64,000 nucleotides of DNA from the human T2T-CHM13v2.0 reference genome, Homo sapiens: the NCBI RefSeq assembly GCF_009914755.1, contig NC_060929.1. One strand, 5' to 3'. Positions 1 through 13,999 of this stretch are shown here, piece by piece. Within the stretch, counting starts at the first letter, position 1. Each line of letters begins with the position of its first letter. The position numbers were made by a program, and so were the translations under genes. Below the pieces are notes generated by a model that did no database searches, was not told the DNA's origin, and saw only the letters and a list, made by a program, of their open reading frames with translations.

Positions 1-226
1 TGAAGCTTTGTTTATGTGAGACAAAAACTAGCACACACATGGCTGTGAACAGGGAAAGTTACATCAGGTTTGCTGGGTTTGTACAATGGAGGGCCAGGCA
101 GCCGTTTAAAAGAACAAAGTAGAACTGCACACACTGCTGGGGCGGGATCGTCATGACAGCCAATGAGCTACAGAGAAGTCAGGTCCCATCTAAAATATAT
201 TTTTACAAATATATTAATATTAATAA

Positions 227-511
<285 letters not shown>

Positions 512-739
512 TGAATTCTGCACACACTGAATGCTCAGGATGCCAGGGAGCCTGGTGGATGGGATTGGATGGGGCTTGAGGCAGGTGTTTGCTAACTCCA
601 AGGGTTCCAAGGGTGGTCTCCCAAGCAAGTCCCATCAGGCCCTGTGACAAAGGCCCTGTGACAAAGCCTCAGTGGGCAGGAAGGGGCGGCCCCCTCTACT
701 GTGGGGCTGGGGAGTGACCACCTGCTTTTGTAGATGGAA

Positions 740-893
740 TCACCTTGAGAGGTGGCCACACTCATCGTTCACTCATCGTCTGAGGCTGCGTTTGAACAAG
801 AGCAGAGCTGAGCAGTGGAGACAGAGACTGTGTGGTCTGCGAGGTGGAAAGTACTTGCTCTCTGACCGTTTAGGAACAGGCCTGCTCGCCTGC
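740..893. mobile_element. MER58-like hAT-Charlie DNA transposon relic
   Basis: GCAGAGCTGAGCAGTGGAGACAGAGACTGTGTGGTCTGC...TACTTGCTCTCTGACC resembles the MER58A consensus (recalled). Confidence 0.55.
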
Positions 894-2937
894 CCAGGGC
901 ATCTGTGTCCTGTGGAAGCTACAGGTCACCTCCAACTCACGCCTCGGGTGCCGAGAGTCTCAGGGAGGAGCCTCCAGGACCCCAGGAGTGGAAACTTTTG
1001 CAAAGAAAAGTAACTTTATATTTCTATAAAAAGGATTATACAATATGATTTAATTATTCCAAGCCCGTGGTAAAGCCCACATTCTCAACACATTCTCCTG
1101 CTGCTGTCAGCCCATTCCAATGAGAGGGTGTTTATTTTGACAAATGCAGTGTCTTACTGAGAACTGTTAAAAATTAATATTAAGTTTAAATCTGAAAAGT
1201 GATTATTGCACGTGACTAGTAAATTCCACACTATTTGAACTCTTTAAGAGTCTCCTTTCTTTCCAAATACATTTTGCATCCAAAATGTGAACACAGTGTT
1301 AAGTCTTTACAAAATGGTTTAAAAAATATTGTTTTAAAAAGTCCATTCTTGCTTAGAGTTTGGCAGCAGAGCAAAATGAAATCCCATCCAAATGAAATGT
1401 TTTACCATGTTCAGTTCCATAATGAAAAGCTGGCAAAGTCAATGGGATGGGGAGGGGGTGGCAATCACATTTGGTTTAATTTATAACAAGAAATCCAATC
1501 CAACGCATTTTTAAATTCAGGAAATACTAAAATGCAGACTGTGAAGGCCAACTCCATGTGGAGTGCGCAGCCCATAATAGTCGGCTGATTTAAAACCTGA
1601 CCAATATGAACTACCCAACTAACGAGACTTGAAAAACCAGTACAATTAATTAATAAAAGTAAATGTAATAGTTAGAAATGTACTGAAACAAAAAGGGAGC
1701 ACTAAAAGTAAGTATTCTCAACAAGCTGCAAACGCGGTCCTCAGCAGGGCACACCCCGCTGGAGGCCCCTGAGTCCTCAGGGAGAAGGGCTGTGGCCTCC
1801 CGACAGGGACCCTGGCAGCCTCATGGGGGAGGATTTTGTTCATCGGTCCCCTTGCTCTCCCATTGTTTGCAAGCGAGGACTGAAGGAGAAATCCTCGTGA
1901 CTTCTGTGGCCCAGGTTAGAGTTACACAGACTCACTGTGCTGAGACCGGAAAACCTGCTCTTTCCCTATAGGTTTCAACCACGCTCCTCCGACTGGGGTC
2001 TGGGTGAGGAGCGCCGGGCCAGGCCCCGGGGCGGGGAGAGGGGTTTGTGCTGCTGTCTCGGCTCAGGATCCAGCAGTGCCTCTGGGGCAGGTCCTGAGTT
2101 CCCAGATCCCGTCGGGGCTCTCCCAGGCAGCATGGACCCTGTGGTTCTGCACGTCACAGACTCTTTGGGGGCGTCCACAGCCCTTTGCGCTTGAGGCTGG
2201 TCTGATAGGCTTGGCAAGGGCAGGATCACACCGAGTTCACGCGGCAGCCCCAGTCACCTGGTTGCTCCATCTACAGACTTGATAACCGAGGGCCGGGTGG
2301 TCTCCTCCCAGGTTATCTGCTCGAGCCCCAGGCAATATCATGTGGCTCACTGCTCATGGTGTGGTCCCTGGGTGGCCACGTCTCTTCACCTGGAACCCGC
2401 CAAATCAGCCCATGCATTTCAACAAGGTCCACCTTCCACATCTGAAGCTCCCCCTCAGACTCCCCCGCTGGCTTCTTCTGCACCAGCCCTCGGAGGCAGT
2501 CGCTCCCAACCCCCAAAGCCTCCTGTGCACCCTGTGACCCTCAGAGTCAGAAACACCTCTCCACGTGGTGACCACTGCCCGACTCCCACCTGCCCACTGC
2601 ACCTGCCATCCGTTTGTCTCGCCGGCCATGCAGGCGGAGCTCAAAGTCTCCCCCATCGCCTGCTCTCCTGGAGGGGCACCTGGCCACAGCTGTGGTCACT
2701 TGTGTTCTCACAGTCGTCTTAGGTTCCAGAGGCAATGGCTTTTAGTGTCAGAACCCATCAGATTAAGGAATGAGGTGTATTAGATATTTTTAAAAATTAA
2801 CACTGTTTTATTTTTTCTCAGCATAACATTTAAATGATCTAGAAGTTTACCAAGTAAAAGTGAGAGCCAATCCTCACACCCTCCGGCAAATCACCAGGTT
2901 CCCCAGAAGTGGCCTCCGGTAGCTCTTCTGTGTGCAC

Positions 2938-3181
2938 TTTTTTTTTTTTTTGAGATAGAGTCTCCCTGTGTTGCCCAGACTGGAGTGCAGTGGCACGGTC
3001 TTGGCCCACTGCAACCTCCGCCTCCTGGGTTCAAGTGATTTCAGCTAACTTTTGTATTTTTAGTGGAGACAGGGTTTCACCATGTTGGCCAGGCTGGTCT
3101 CGAACTCCTGACCTCAGCTGATCCGCCTATCTCGGCCTCCCACTGTGCTAGGCTGACAGGCATGAGCCCCCGCACTCGGCC
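2938..3181 (-). mobile_element. Alu (S-like) with an internal deletion
   Basis: Poly-T and Alu right arm that jumps at TCAAGTGATT|TCAGCTAAC into the linker and left arm. Confidence 0.9.
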
Positions 3182-6100
3182 CCTGTGTGCATCTCCGTGT
3201 GTATGTGCTTGTGCAGGTGAAAATCTCTTTTTAAGTATGAATGGGATCTGACTGTTCTGTAGCTCACGTGTTTACCCTCTCAACACGCCTCCCACAGCAG
3301 CATGCACAGTTGTTTTGTCCTTTTAAATGGCTGCCTGACCCGCCATCGTATGGACTCAGCAACATTGGTGGAGCTTTCTCTATTCACGGCCAGGGTTCGG
3401 CACAGCAGTCGAGGGGAGCTGGAGCCACTGCGCTGAGTGGAGGAGGCAGAGGCAGAGGCAGGGGTGTTGCTGAAGCCCAGGGGTCCCTGTCGGAGGCTGG
3501 ACACAGGCAGAGCTGGCTCTGCTGGTGACAGTGGCTCCTGTGTAGAGGTCTGTCCCCGCAGAGGGCCGTGAACTAAGGGGAGGAGAGGACTGGCCTCGTG
3601 TGTATTTTCCAAGCAACCTTCTCCCAGTCAGGATGTGTAAAAGCAATGCCCGGTTTCCTTACCCGTTCACCACACCGATCATCTCCGCATGGCAGATGGT
3701 GTGTGCAGCCGACTGTCAGCTCTGCCCAAGCTTTCGTGACTGCCCCCCACTCCTGACAGTCAGCACGTAGCATGGAGGGGCACAGATTTCCAACTGACCA
3801 GCTTCCCTATCAGGGAGATGGGCTCTGATCCGGGATTTGGCTGGGCCCAGGGAAAGGAAATGGGAGTGGTCACAAACCAGGGTCACACCCTGGCCTGGCA
3901 AGGTCGGCAAAGCCAGCCAGTGACCGTGCCCAAAAGATGAGGACAGTTTAAGTCTCAAATATAGACTTGAAGTCAGAGATTTTCAGCCCTAGGTGTGGCT
4001 GCCTCCCTCCTCTCCCTGGAAGCCACACTGAGGACCCCACACTGAGGACCCCACAGGGACCCTCAGGAAGCACCTGCTGGGTTTGGGGTTTCCTCCTGCA
4101 GCAAAACGTCCCCCCAGATTCGGAGAGGGAGCAGCGGTGGCACTGGTGTCTCCAGACCTGGCAGCTCATAGCCTTCTCTTCCTATCCCTGGGTTTAAAAT
4201 TGAGTTTGCAGCCATGCAGGCAGCAGCTGTTTCTCAGGTGCATTTGGTTGTATGACACTGACCTGCGTATCTTGTTCTGGACTCCCAGATCGACCCCTCA
4301 GAAAAGCTGCCTGTCCTCCTCCCGTTTCCTCGTCCTTTCTCTCTGACTGTGGATACCTCTCTAGACACAGAGGGTGGCCGGGACCAGCTCTGCACGGCGT
4401 GTGGTGGCCTTGTGTGTCATGCGTATGGAGAAAAGGCTCTTTCTCCCTGGGGTCTCCAGGCATTCCCCAAATCCTGCTGCTGTTTGAGAGTCTCAACCTG
4501 GAGCCCTGTTGGCCTGAGAATCTCCACTGAAGTCTGAGAGTTACAAGCCACCGAGAGCCGTGGAATGAGGGCCTGACCCTCTGCGTCCTGCTCCAGTGAA
4601 AATGGACGGAGACCACACCCCCGAGCCCTGCTGGGGGTCCTGAGAGACACGAGCAGAACATGCCCCTCTCTGCTGGAGGCTGTGTCATTCAGGAAGCGAC
4701 GTTTATTTCTTCGGGTTCACATGCGGCCTCCTGTCCAGCTGGAGGACAGGGAGCTAGAGAACGGGTCAGCCGCAAGGCCCCGCGTGTCCATAGAGGGCAG
4801 TCTTGGTTTACCGAACGGATACTACACTCCAAATTGCATTTGTTCTCACTTAGTAGAAAAATATGCTATGAATTTGCCATTACAACACAATCAACATGTC
4901 TTTTTTATGAAGAATGTCATACAGCCAATTATTTGTGTTTCTGTTACAGCTGTGTGTTGTTCCTTTAGAACAAACAATACTCCCCTTCTGCTGCAGAAAT
5001 AGCATATGTTGGTTTGAAATGAAACCTAGTAGCGAAAAAGTTGAACGCTGCTGGATGGCGAGAAAACCCTGAGCGCACCGGGTCTTGATAGAAGAAAATG
5101 GGGAGGCAGCCGCTCGTCGCCTCTTCTTCCTTGACAGTAGAGTGAGCGAAGCTGCTGTCCGTGAGAGGAGGAATCCGGGCGGAAAGCCTCCATGTCCACA
5201 GCCCTGTTGTCTTCTCCTGCAATGTCCTCCTCCGTGGGGCCCCAGGAGGACAAAGCTCGTCCCTTGGCACCGCCAAGGCTGAGGACACCAAGGCAGGAGC
5301 CCCAGGCTGAGGACAGGGCCGGAGATGAGCGGCTATAAAGTGAAGTGGAGCCCTGACCACAAACGCGAGGCCCGTGGGAGTCAGCACGTGCTGCCGTTTT
5401 AGCCGGGTAGCCCTTTGATTGTAAAATCATAGAAGGCCCACGAGCAAGCTTCGTAGTTAAAGAAAGCTGGTTGCAAAGAAAAGTGATGAGTCTCGGGAAA
5501 GGACGTGCTCCTTCCTGGGACTCCACGAGACACGGGCTGCCTTGGAGGAGGAGCCGCAGCCGGAGAGCTGGTTGCTTTTCTCTCGAGATGCAGCCCCACT
5601 TGTTTTACATTTGACTTTTATGATTTCTATTTACATTCCTGTACTGCTCTTTACTACTAAAAACAAGCGGGGAGCAAATAACCCCATGGCTCTGGCACCT
5701 CCTCGCTCTCTTCACCCGGTCGCCTGAGTGGGAGTCCTGGGGTCGTCCCCGACTCCTCACGTCCCCGCCTCCAACGCCACAAGCCCGACCGTCCTCCCCT
5801 TGGGTTCTGCTTCTCCAACATCATTGCCAAAACCTCATTCATTACAAATTCCAACTTTGTCCCAGAATAACAAGCACAGCTAGGACTGTTGGCCACTTGC
5901 TGGGCTGTGGTCCCTGCCCTGTGCTGGCTGGTTGGCACAGATGCTCTTTAACCCTCCAAAGAAGCGTCCCCAGGAGCCCCTCCTCCTCCTCCTGGCATGT
6001 CTGGATTCTCTGCAGGTATTTGGGGTGATACACCCACCTGTCTTTCTTCCCCCACAGGTGCTGGGTTCCTGAGGCAGGGGCTCAATGCGCATGGTCTTAG

Positions 6101-6863
6101 CATCTGACCAGTGCCAAAAAGTGGCAGCAATGTGGTGCCTGACTGACTTATGAAAGGATGCATCAGGCATGAGCTGGACCTCAAGCTCTCCGCATTCCTC
6201 CTGGGTGGTCGCCTTAGTCTGCAGCTGTCTCCACCAGGGAGGAAGGTATGCAAAGCTACAGAACCACATAGGGTGGGGCCACAGCACGGGCACCTCTCAG
6301 CTCCCCCTGAGTGAAACTTGCTTCACGGGGCCAGGTGTCAGGTGGAAATGTTCTCTTTGGTGCCACTGATCCCATGGTGGAGGAGGAGGGGGGGGCTGTT
6401 GCAGCAGCCCAGGTGGGAGCTGCACACCCCTCTGGCCAGGTGGCGGGGCCGGCCGGCCTCTGTTCAGCACGGCCCACTGCACAGGTGGGGGATGGCCAGC
6501 CTCTGTTCAGCACAGCCCGCTGCTGGCTGCACATCTCACGGGTCTTGTCCCAGCCTGTTTCTCCCACCACCTCTCAACAGTTAGGGAGGTTATGTTTTTA
6601 AAGATGTTTTTGCTGACTTCAGTGGTATGACGGACTCCCAGAGACCAACCCAGTCGAAGGATTTGAACCTCTAGGGGTCTGTCACCCCTCACACCTCCTA
6701 CAGGGTGGGAGTTGGGCCATTGCCAGGGCTGGGTCTGGTGCTCCATGAGTTAAAGACCACGCTGTCTGTCTCTTGGTCTTCCCGTCATCCTTTGTTCCTC
6801 ATAGTTGCAAAATGGCTGCTGGAGCTCCAGATGTGGGCCACATCTCCCTTTTGTCAGAGCCCT

Positions 6864-7530
<667 letters not shown>

Positions 7531-8867
7531 GTCAGCCCTGCATCCATTCCTGCTCCCACCTAGAGGGCAGGTGGCCCATCCCAGCTGTGGAAAACTCAGG
7601 TGTGTCATCGCACCTGTCCCGCCTCCAAGGTGGAGATGAAAGAAGGGGTTGTGGTGTCCTTTGGTTTCCTCCCCCAGGTCTGCAATCCAGATGTGGTGGA
7701 ACCAAAGAGAACCAGGGCATCCAGAGTGTCCTCACCCCAAGTCCAACAGCATACCCAACGTCATGGTGGGGTGACAGTCCCATGCCTCAGTCATCACCAC
7801 GCTGCGTCACCACGGACAGGGTGGTCTCGGGAAATCAGACATGAAAGCAGGAACCCAGCTTGCAGGCTTGGAAATTTTCCCCGAGCGTTTGGTATTAGAT
7901 TTGTTTGCAAAGTGCTCAGATAACTAGGAAAATAGCAAGATTTTCCAGTATTTCCCAGTCCCTAAAATTCAGTTTCTGCTTCACTGCACATGATCTCACC
8001 AAGAAGGGGATTAATACAGTTTTAAGTTCTTTTCGCTGTTACAGTCATCACTTTCCTTCACGTGTGACTATGTGTGAAAAAACAATAAAACCATTTTAAG
8101 AAAAAAAGAAACATTTTTGATTGAACTGGAAACTAATTCTTATTTGAATCTGTTGTATTTCTAGATATGTAAATAATTTATTCATATCAATGGAATAAAA
8201 TATTCTTATAAATAGAATCCACAAGGCTAATTTAGCATAGTATTGCTCATACACAGAAAATGCTGGTACTCTAAACAAGCAGAAAATATGGTCATTTTCA
8301 AAATAAACTCCATGTTTTACACACAGAATTTTCTGTGTTGATTAAAATTCTGAAAAATGAGATGGTATAAAAGGGTAGCTTTATTTACTTTTTCTTCTGA
8401 AGTAGAGAAACAGACATTTCAGTTTGGCTAAAATATTATTTTGGTTGGGAGTGAGAAAAAGAGATAAAAAAATTTCCTCGTTTTCAGCAAAACCAATAGA
8501 AATTAAATCTTGTAAAAATAAGAGCCACATCTGGAGAGAGAGCTCACAGCCAAGTGGGGGTTTCCCTGGCCGGGGTGCGTGGGGCTCCTTCTAGGTGATG
8601 TGAACTCTCCGGTTCCATGCAGAGGTGAAAGGATAAGCTATGAGCTACTGCAGACAGGTGCCCGGCCGGCTGTCATGGAGGAAGGCTGATCCCTGGGAGG
8701 GCCCTGTGTGTGGGGCGGCCCCCCCACCAGGCCAGAGAAGGACCAGGGGAGAGTTCCTTGGGGAATACTTAAAAGCATCTCTGTATTTTTAACGGTTTAC
8801 ATGGATTTTACAGAGACGAAGAGTGAGCCAGAAGGAGCCCCACTGAGGGTGGGTGGGCTGCTGCAGT

Positions 8868-9009
8868 GGAGGCCGGCCCGATGCCCCCTCCTTAACCCAC
8901 AGGGGAGGTCGGCCCAATATCCCTCCTCAACCCGCAAGGGAGGCCGGCCTGATGCCCCTCCTCACCCCAAAAGGGAGGCCAGCCCGATGCCCCGTCCTCA
9001 ACCTGCAGG
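8868..9009. repeat. Degenerate ~35-bp tandem repeat, 4 copies
   Basis: Units of the form GGAGGCCGGCCCGATGCCCC-TCCTCAACCC-CAGG. Confidence 0.8.
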
Positions 9010-9845
9010 TCCCCTCCTTCACCAGTCTGGGGCCCTGGGCTGAGGGAGCCCTGGGCTGAGGGAGCACGCAGGGCCCAGCCAGGGACCCCCGGGTGCAGCT
9101 GCCCACAGCTGCTTTTGTCCAGGGACTCATGGGGTGCTGGTCCCTGAACTGTGGGTGATGGACAGGTATAGGCAGTTTTAGGAAGGCCATAGTCTGGGTT
9201 CTGGAGGCCCACCCAGGTGGAGCAGGACCCCTGCCATGGGGTCTAGAGAGCCCCATCTAACCCAAGGAAGAAGAGGTATGTGGGTCAGAAGCCAGGTGGG
9301 TGGCACAGGCCAGCCAGACAGGATCAGGAACGAGGGAAGACGAGGGGGGTGCCCGGCTGCAGGGGCGCTGCACTGGCATTGTTGCTTTGGGCATCAAGGC
9401 TGAATCCGAGCCCTGCCCACGGGGCGTTCAGGGTCAACTCAGATGTGTGGAGGGGGCTGCTCTGCAGCTGAAGGTCACACAGGGTCACTTCTGTCCAGGG
9501 AAAGGAATTCAGGAGCAGACAATACCCGCCCACCTGCAGCCAGCGTGGCGTCCAGGCGGAGTGGAGCCCACAGATGCTGGCGGGGGGATGAGCTCACAGA
9601 CACCCTCGTTGTCATGGAGGCTGTGGGGTGTGTGGGTGGGGTTGAGGGGCTCCTGCCATCCCTTTGCTGCTAGCCAGGCCTTGATGAGGGGAGGGGAGCT
9701 GACTTCCTAGAGATCGCACCACGTGCCTTCCACCATTTCTGAACAACCCGCTGATGAGGCCCAGCCCCGGTGGTCATAAGAAATTGGTGCCTGGCGAGAC
9801 GCCAGTGATGTCCCACGCGATCACTTGGCAGAACCCACCACACCA

Positions 9846-10066
9846 CTGGACCTCACCGCTGGGCCGCACCGCTGGACCGCACCGCTGGACCGCACCGCTG
9901 GACCTCACCGCTGGACCGCACCGCAGGACCGCACCGCTGGACCTCACCGCTGGGCCGCACCGCAGGACCGCACGGCAGGACCGTACCGCTGGACCTCACC
10001 ACAGGACCTCACCGCTGGACCTCACCGCTGGGCCGCACCGCAGGACCGCACCGCTGGACCGCACCA
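9846..10066. repeat. CpG-rich 13-bp minisatellite, 17 copies
   Basis: Units CTGGACCGCACCG / CTGGACCTCACCG / CTGGGCCGCACCG / CAGGACCGCACCG counted by hand. Confidence 0.95.
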
Positions 10067-10424
10067 CCGTCCTGGCAGGTGAGCGTGGAGCCTGGCGCTC
10101 CCTGGCGACGACCCTGGTCAGACTTCCAGGAGCGCCCCTGCGGGTAAAGTCACATGTACGCTCTGTTCTGGGCTCAGCAACCGAGCCGTAGGAGAGACGG
10201 AGTGGCCTGGGGCCAGGTCCTGAGTCCGAGGAGCAGCTGTCTGGGCTCTCCCTTGGCCACGAAGCAGCTCACACCGAGGGCAGGAGCAGAGGCCTCCCGG
10301 CCCCGGGCGGAACCCCGCAGGAGGGCCTCCCTGAGGCCAACGTCTCTGGCGCCACCTCCCGCAGTGTTCGCTGGAGCCCGCGGCCATGCAGGGCCACACG
10401 GACCCGGGGGCTGCGCAGAACTGG

Positions 10425-11048
10425 GGCCCTCGTGCACCGTGGGTGGGAATGGAACGTGGCGCCGCTGCTGTGGAAAACCAAAGGGCAACTCCTCAGAAAG
10501 TTAACACAGAATCTCTATAGGGCCCAGCAATCCCACCTCCAGGCCTATCCACAAAAGAATCGAAAACAGGGGCTCCAAGAAGTACGAGTACACACATGCG
10601 CATAGAAACCGCATGCGCAGCAGCCGAGAGGCAGAAGCAGCCCAGACGTCCCCTTGACGGCTGAGTGCATAATGGGGCCTCCATAGAAGGGAATATGTTT
10701 CCGCCACAGCAAGGGACGCCGCACCGACACGGGGAACCGCACGGGTGAACCTCGAGACACCGTGCTCAGTGGGGTTCGCCAGACACAGAAGGCCACAGAG
10801 CGCACAATTCCTTTTACATGTAATATCCAGAACCGGTAATTCCGCAGTGACAGGGGGCTGCCTGGGGCTGGGAGAAAGGAACGGGAATGACTGCTCATGG
10901 GTGCGGGGCTTCCTTTTGGGGTGATGAAGCTGCCCGGAAGTGTCCAGAGGTGGCAGCTGCCCACTGCGAGTGTGATAAATGCCATCGAGTTGCTCACTCT
11001 AAAAGGGTTAATTTTGTGTTGTGTGAATTTCACCTCAGTTTTAAAAAG
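10425..11048 (+). mobile_element. Old L1 (L1MB-like) 3' end
   Basis: GGTGGGAATGG...GCTGTGGAAAAC...CCCAGCAATCCCAC...TTTTGTGTTGTGTGAATTTCACCTCA follows the L1M ORF2-end/3'UTR layout. Confidence 0.75.
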
Positions 11049-11851
11049 AAGAGGACTCTGCCCGGTCTCCCGAGGCCACCATGACCCCTGGAGGTATAAA
11101 ATGTGCGTGCAAAGGGCTCACCCAAGCTCTGCCCTTCTGGGGCGAGCACAGCCCCGGCCAGCAAGCACCATGCGCTTTGGATGCTTCGGAGGCTCCCCAT
11201 GGAGTGTTTTCCAGACACTTTTAATGTATTCAAGTTTTATTTTACAGAAAAGTGTTTGGTGGTTATGTGTGGGCCCAGGGGCTGAGACACTGCTTGCTTG
11301 TTTTATTTTTCCTTGTTTTGAGGCACGTCGTCTGGTTTTTCTAAGGAGCACTGAGAAGGGCTGGAAACCTGAATTCACATAACCCCCACCTCGCCGGGTG
11401 GTGCCTGTGTGGCAGCAGCAGCCGCTGTGACAGCAAGCACTGGTGGCAGAAAACCTGGACGGCTTCCTAGAGAAAGGTGAAAGTCAGGGCATGACACCCT
11501 GGCTGTGTCCTGAGGCACATCCAGCAGCCTCTCCTTTCTCCAGGCTTCTGGGGATGCCTGTTTTGTGAACACAAGTTCCCTTCACTGTCCATAGTGCAGG
11601 TTTCTGAAAAGCTGTGGGAAAAATCTTCTACATGTACATTTAAATATCAGATGGAGGAGACCTCAGTGTGTAATCAAACCTATCCTTTGTGGAAAAGAAA
11701 GAATTCATTTGTGAAACAAATCACCAGTCCCAAAGCATCGGCTCCACGACGCTGGCATTTTCTCTGCCACTCACTATGATTTTGACCTTGGACTTCACCT
11801 CCTCAAGCTTCAGTTTCTTTGTGGCTTGTTCCATAGTTTGTTCTCATGTGT

Positions 11852-12060
11852 AACTGTCTGGGGGAGAGGGGAGCTCCTCGGAAGGGGGAGATGTACTTTA
11901 GATGGTTGATGGTGAAAGAAAAGGAGAAAGTAGCTGATGATGATGCACTACTGACCCAGGGTGTTATCAAAGAGTCGGAAGGAAACAGAGCCCCAAAGTT
12001 GCCATTTATTAAATACATTGAACTTTACTATAGCAAATAAGAGGGTGCTCTTGACCTATA
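11852..12060 (+). repeat. Dispersed direct duplication, copy A (partner 13825-13995)
   Basis: Shared blocks AACTGTCTGGGG, CTACTGACCCAGGGTGTTATC, CCCCAAAGTTG and ATAAGAGGGTGCTCTT. Confidence 0.9.
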
Positions 12061-12580
12061 AAACAGGGATCATAATTTTCATCTCACAGTGTTTAGTGGG
12101 GATGATATGAGATCATGGAGCAATGACGAGTACACTCACATTTTTGTGGACATTCCGGTTGGTGTGGACTAGCTCATCCAAGTCGACAACTGAATTCTAT
12201 GCCTGTTGTTTACAGTGCAGAATAACAATGTGCACCATGTAAATGTAAGGTGACACTGCAGTCATTACAGGATGTGATTGATCAAGATTCATCCAGCTGC
12301 TTAGGAAAGCAGGGGCAGCCCCATAGGAGGTCCCCTTGGCAGGGCTGGGAGCTCTGTCAGCAGCAGGACAGGTTATGGGTCACAAGAGACTGGCCCAGGA
12401 TCAGAAGGACCTCATGGGGCACATCCAGGCCAAGCACCCGGCTCAGATCTCAGCCATGTGAGGGCTCAGCTTTCAGGGAGGGCTCGCGGGGGTGAGGCAG
12501 GAGTGCAGGTGAGTCCTGAGAGCTGCCGCACAGCGCCGAGGTTGTAGTAGGAGGAGCTGCAGGATGCATGCTCTCAGGCT

Positions 12581-13010
12581 TGTCACCGAATCAAACCAGG
12601 TCCGTCTGCCGGCACACAGTGGAAAGCCGAACACCGAAGCACTGGGTTTTGCAGCAAGAAAGATTTTTTGCGAGTCGACTGGCCAGGAGACAGGAGGAAG
12701 TGCCCAGATCTGCCTCCCCGAGCTGGGGTTGGACCAGGTCTTCCAAGCATGCACTAATGAGCTGTGCTGCCATGGGGCTGATGCTGGGGCTCCACTGATT
12801 GGATCCTGGATCCTCATTCGGTCCCCGTTCCCCAGCCCCAGCACTTAGGTTCCCCCATGTTGCACACGTGGGTTGTCTGGGCATGCTCAGGTTATATGAC
12901 CTTCAGCCTGGGGGTCCACGGCAACTGAAGAACAAGTCACAACTCCATTACACGGATGTTGAACCAGATTGGCCAGATGTGGCTATAAGCTGGGCATGGT
13001 GAATCCTGCC
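12581..13010 (-). mobile_element. ERV LTR-like element, family not determined
   Basis: TGTCACCGAATCAAACCAGGTCC...AAAGCCGAACACCGAAGC...CAGATCTGCCTCCCCGAG resembles the reverse of an ERV LTR U5 end. Confidence 0.5.
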
Positions 13011-13824
13011 TCAGCCAGAATTATGTGCAAAGTTGGAAATGAATGTGTTGCCATGGGCTGAGCCCACGTGGCTGCCGGGTTCTGGGGGACGTGGACCCAT
13101 TTTGTGTACGTGGCTCATGCATCTTGCCAAAAGGTTCACTGGTGTGGTTTATCCTCAGCACATGTCCAGGGAGGCCAAGTGCAGTCACTCCACAGTGCTT
13201 TTCTGAGCCTGCAGAGCCATTGCCACACCCGGGAGGCCTGGACACCCGCAGCCCTCATCAAATCAGTTCTCACACCTGGGCCTTCATTATTCTCAGTCTG
13301 TGTCCCATGTGCCACACAGGTGGGTTGCTGGGAGTTCAGCTGCAGACACTCCCGGGTGCAGTGTTCAATATGAGTGAGGGAAACTGAAAAAGGAAATGAA
13401 GAAGGGGAAGGAGTAGCTTCTGGGACCTGTTGGATAATGACTGTCCCTTAGATCCAAATCTGTCCACATATCCTCTATAAAAGCACAAAGAAAGCAAACA
13501 AAACCACCCCCAACCAAACAGAACACAGAGAACAAATAACACAAACTTCAACTGACACATAAAAGATGAAACAAACATTTGAACCCATCAGAGCTGGCGA
13601 GGGGGCCCACAGCAGAGCAGAGTGAGTTGGAGTGTGCTTGGAAGACAGGAGGGTTTGCAGTGCCCACGTGTAGGAGGAAAGCCATGACATTCACCAGAGG
13701 AGACGTCTGCTCCCCGAGAGAGGGAGACAAAGAGGAGGTCTAAGGCAGATCAGAAAGCTGTGCTGGGAGCTGAAAGGACGATGCTTGGAATATGCACAGG
13801 ACCCATGGATGCAATCCTGTGGAC

Positions 13825-13995
13825 AACTGTCTGGGGAGAGGAAAGCTTCTTGGAAGGGGGAGATGCCGCTTTGATAAGGGCGCTACTGACCCAGGGTGTT
13901 ATCGAAGAATCAGAAAGAAACAGGCCCCCAAAGTTGTCATTTATCAAACAAATTGGACTTTACTGTAGCCGATAAGAGGGTGCTCTTAAACTAAA
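13825..13995 (+). repeat. Dispersed direct duplication, copy B (partner 11852-12060)
   Basis: Same blocks as copy A but lacks an internal ~35-40-bp segment. Confidence 0.9.
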
Positions 13996-13999
13996 AAAT

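Noticed and set aside
7860-8530. AT-rich block that might be an old DNA transposon
   Set aside because: I could not find convincing terminal repeats or assign a family by eye; it needs a Dfam search.
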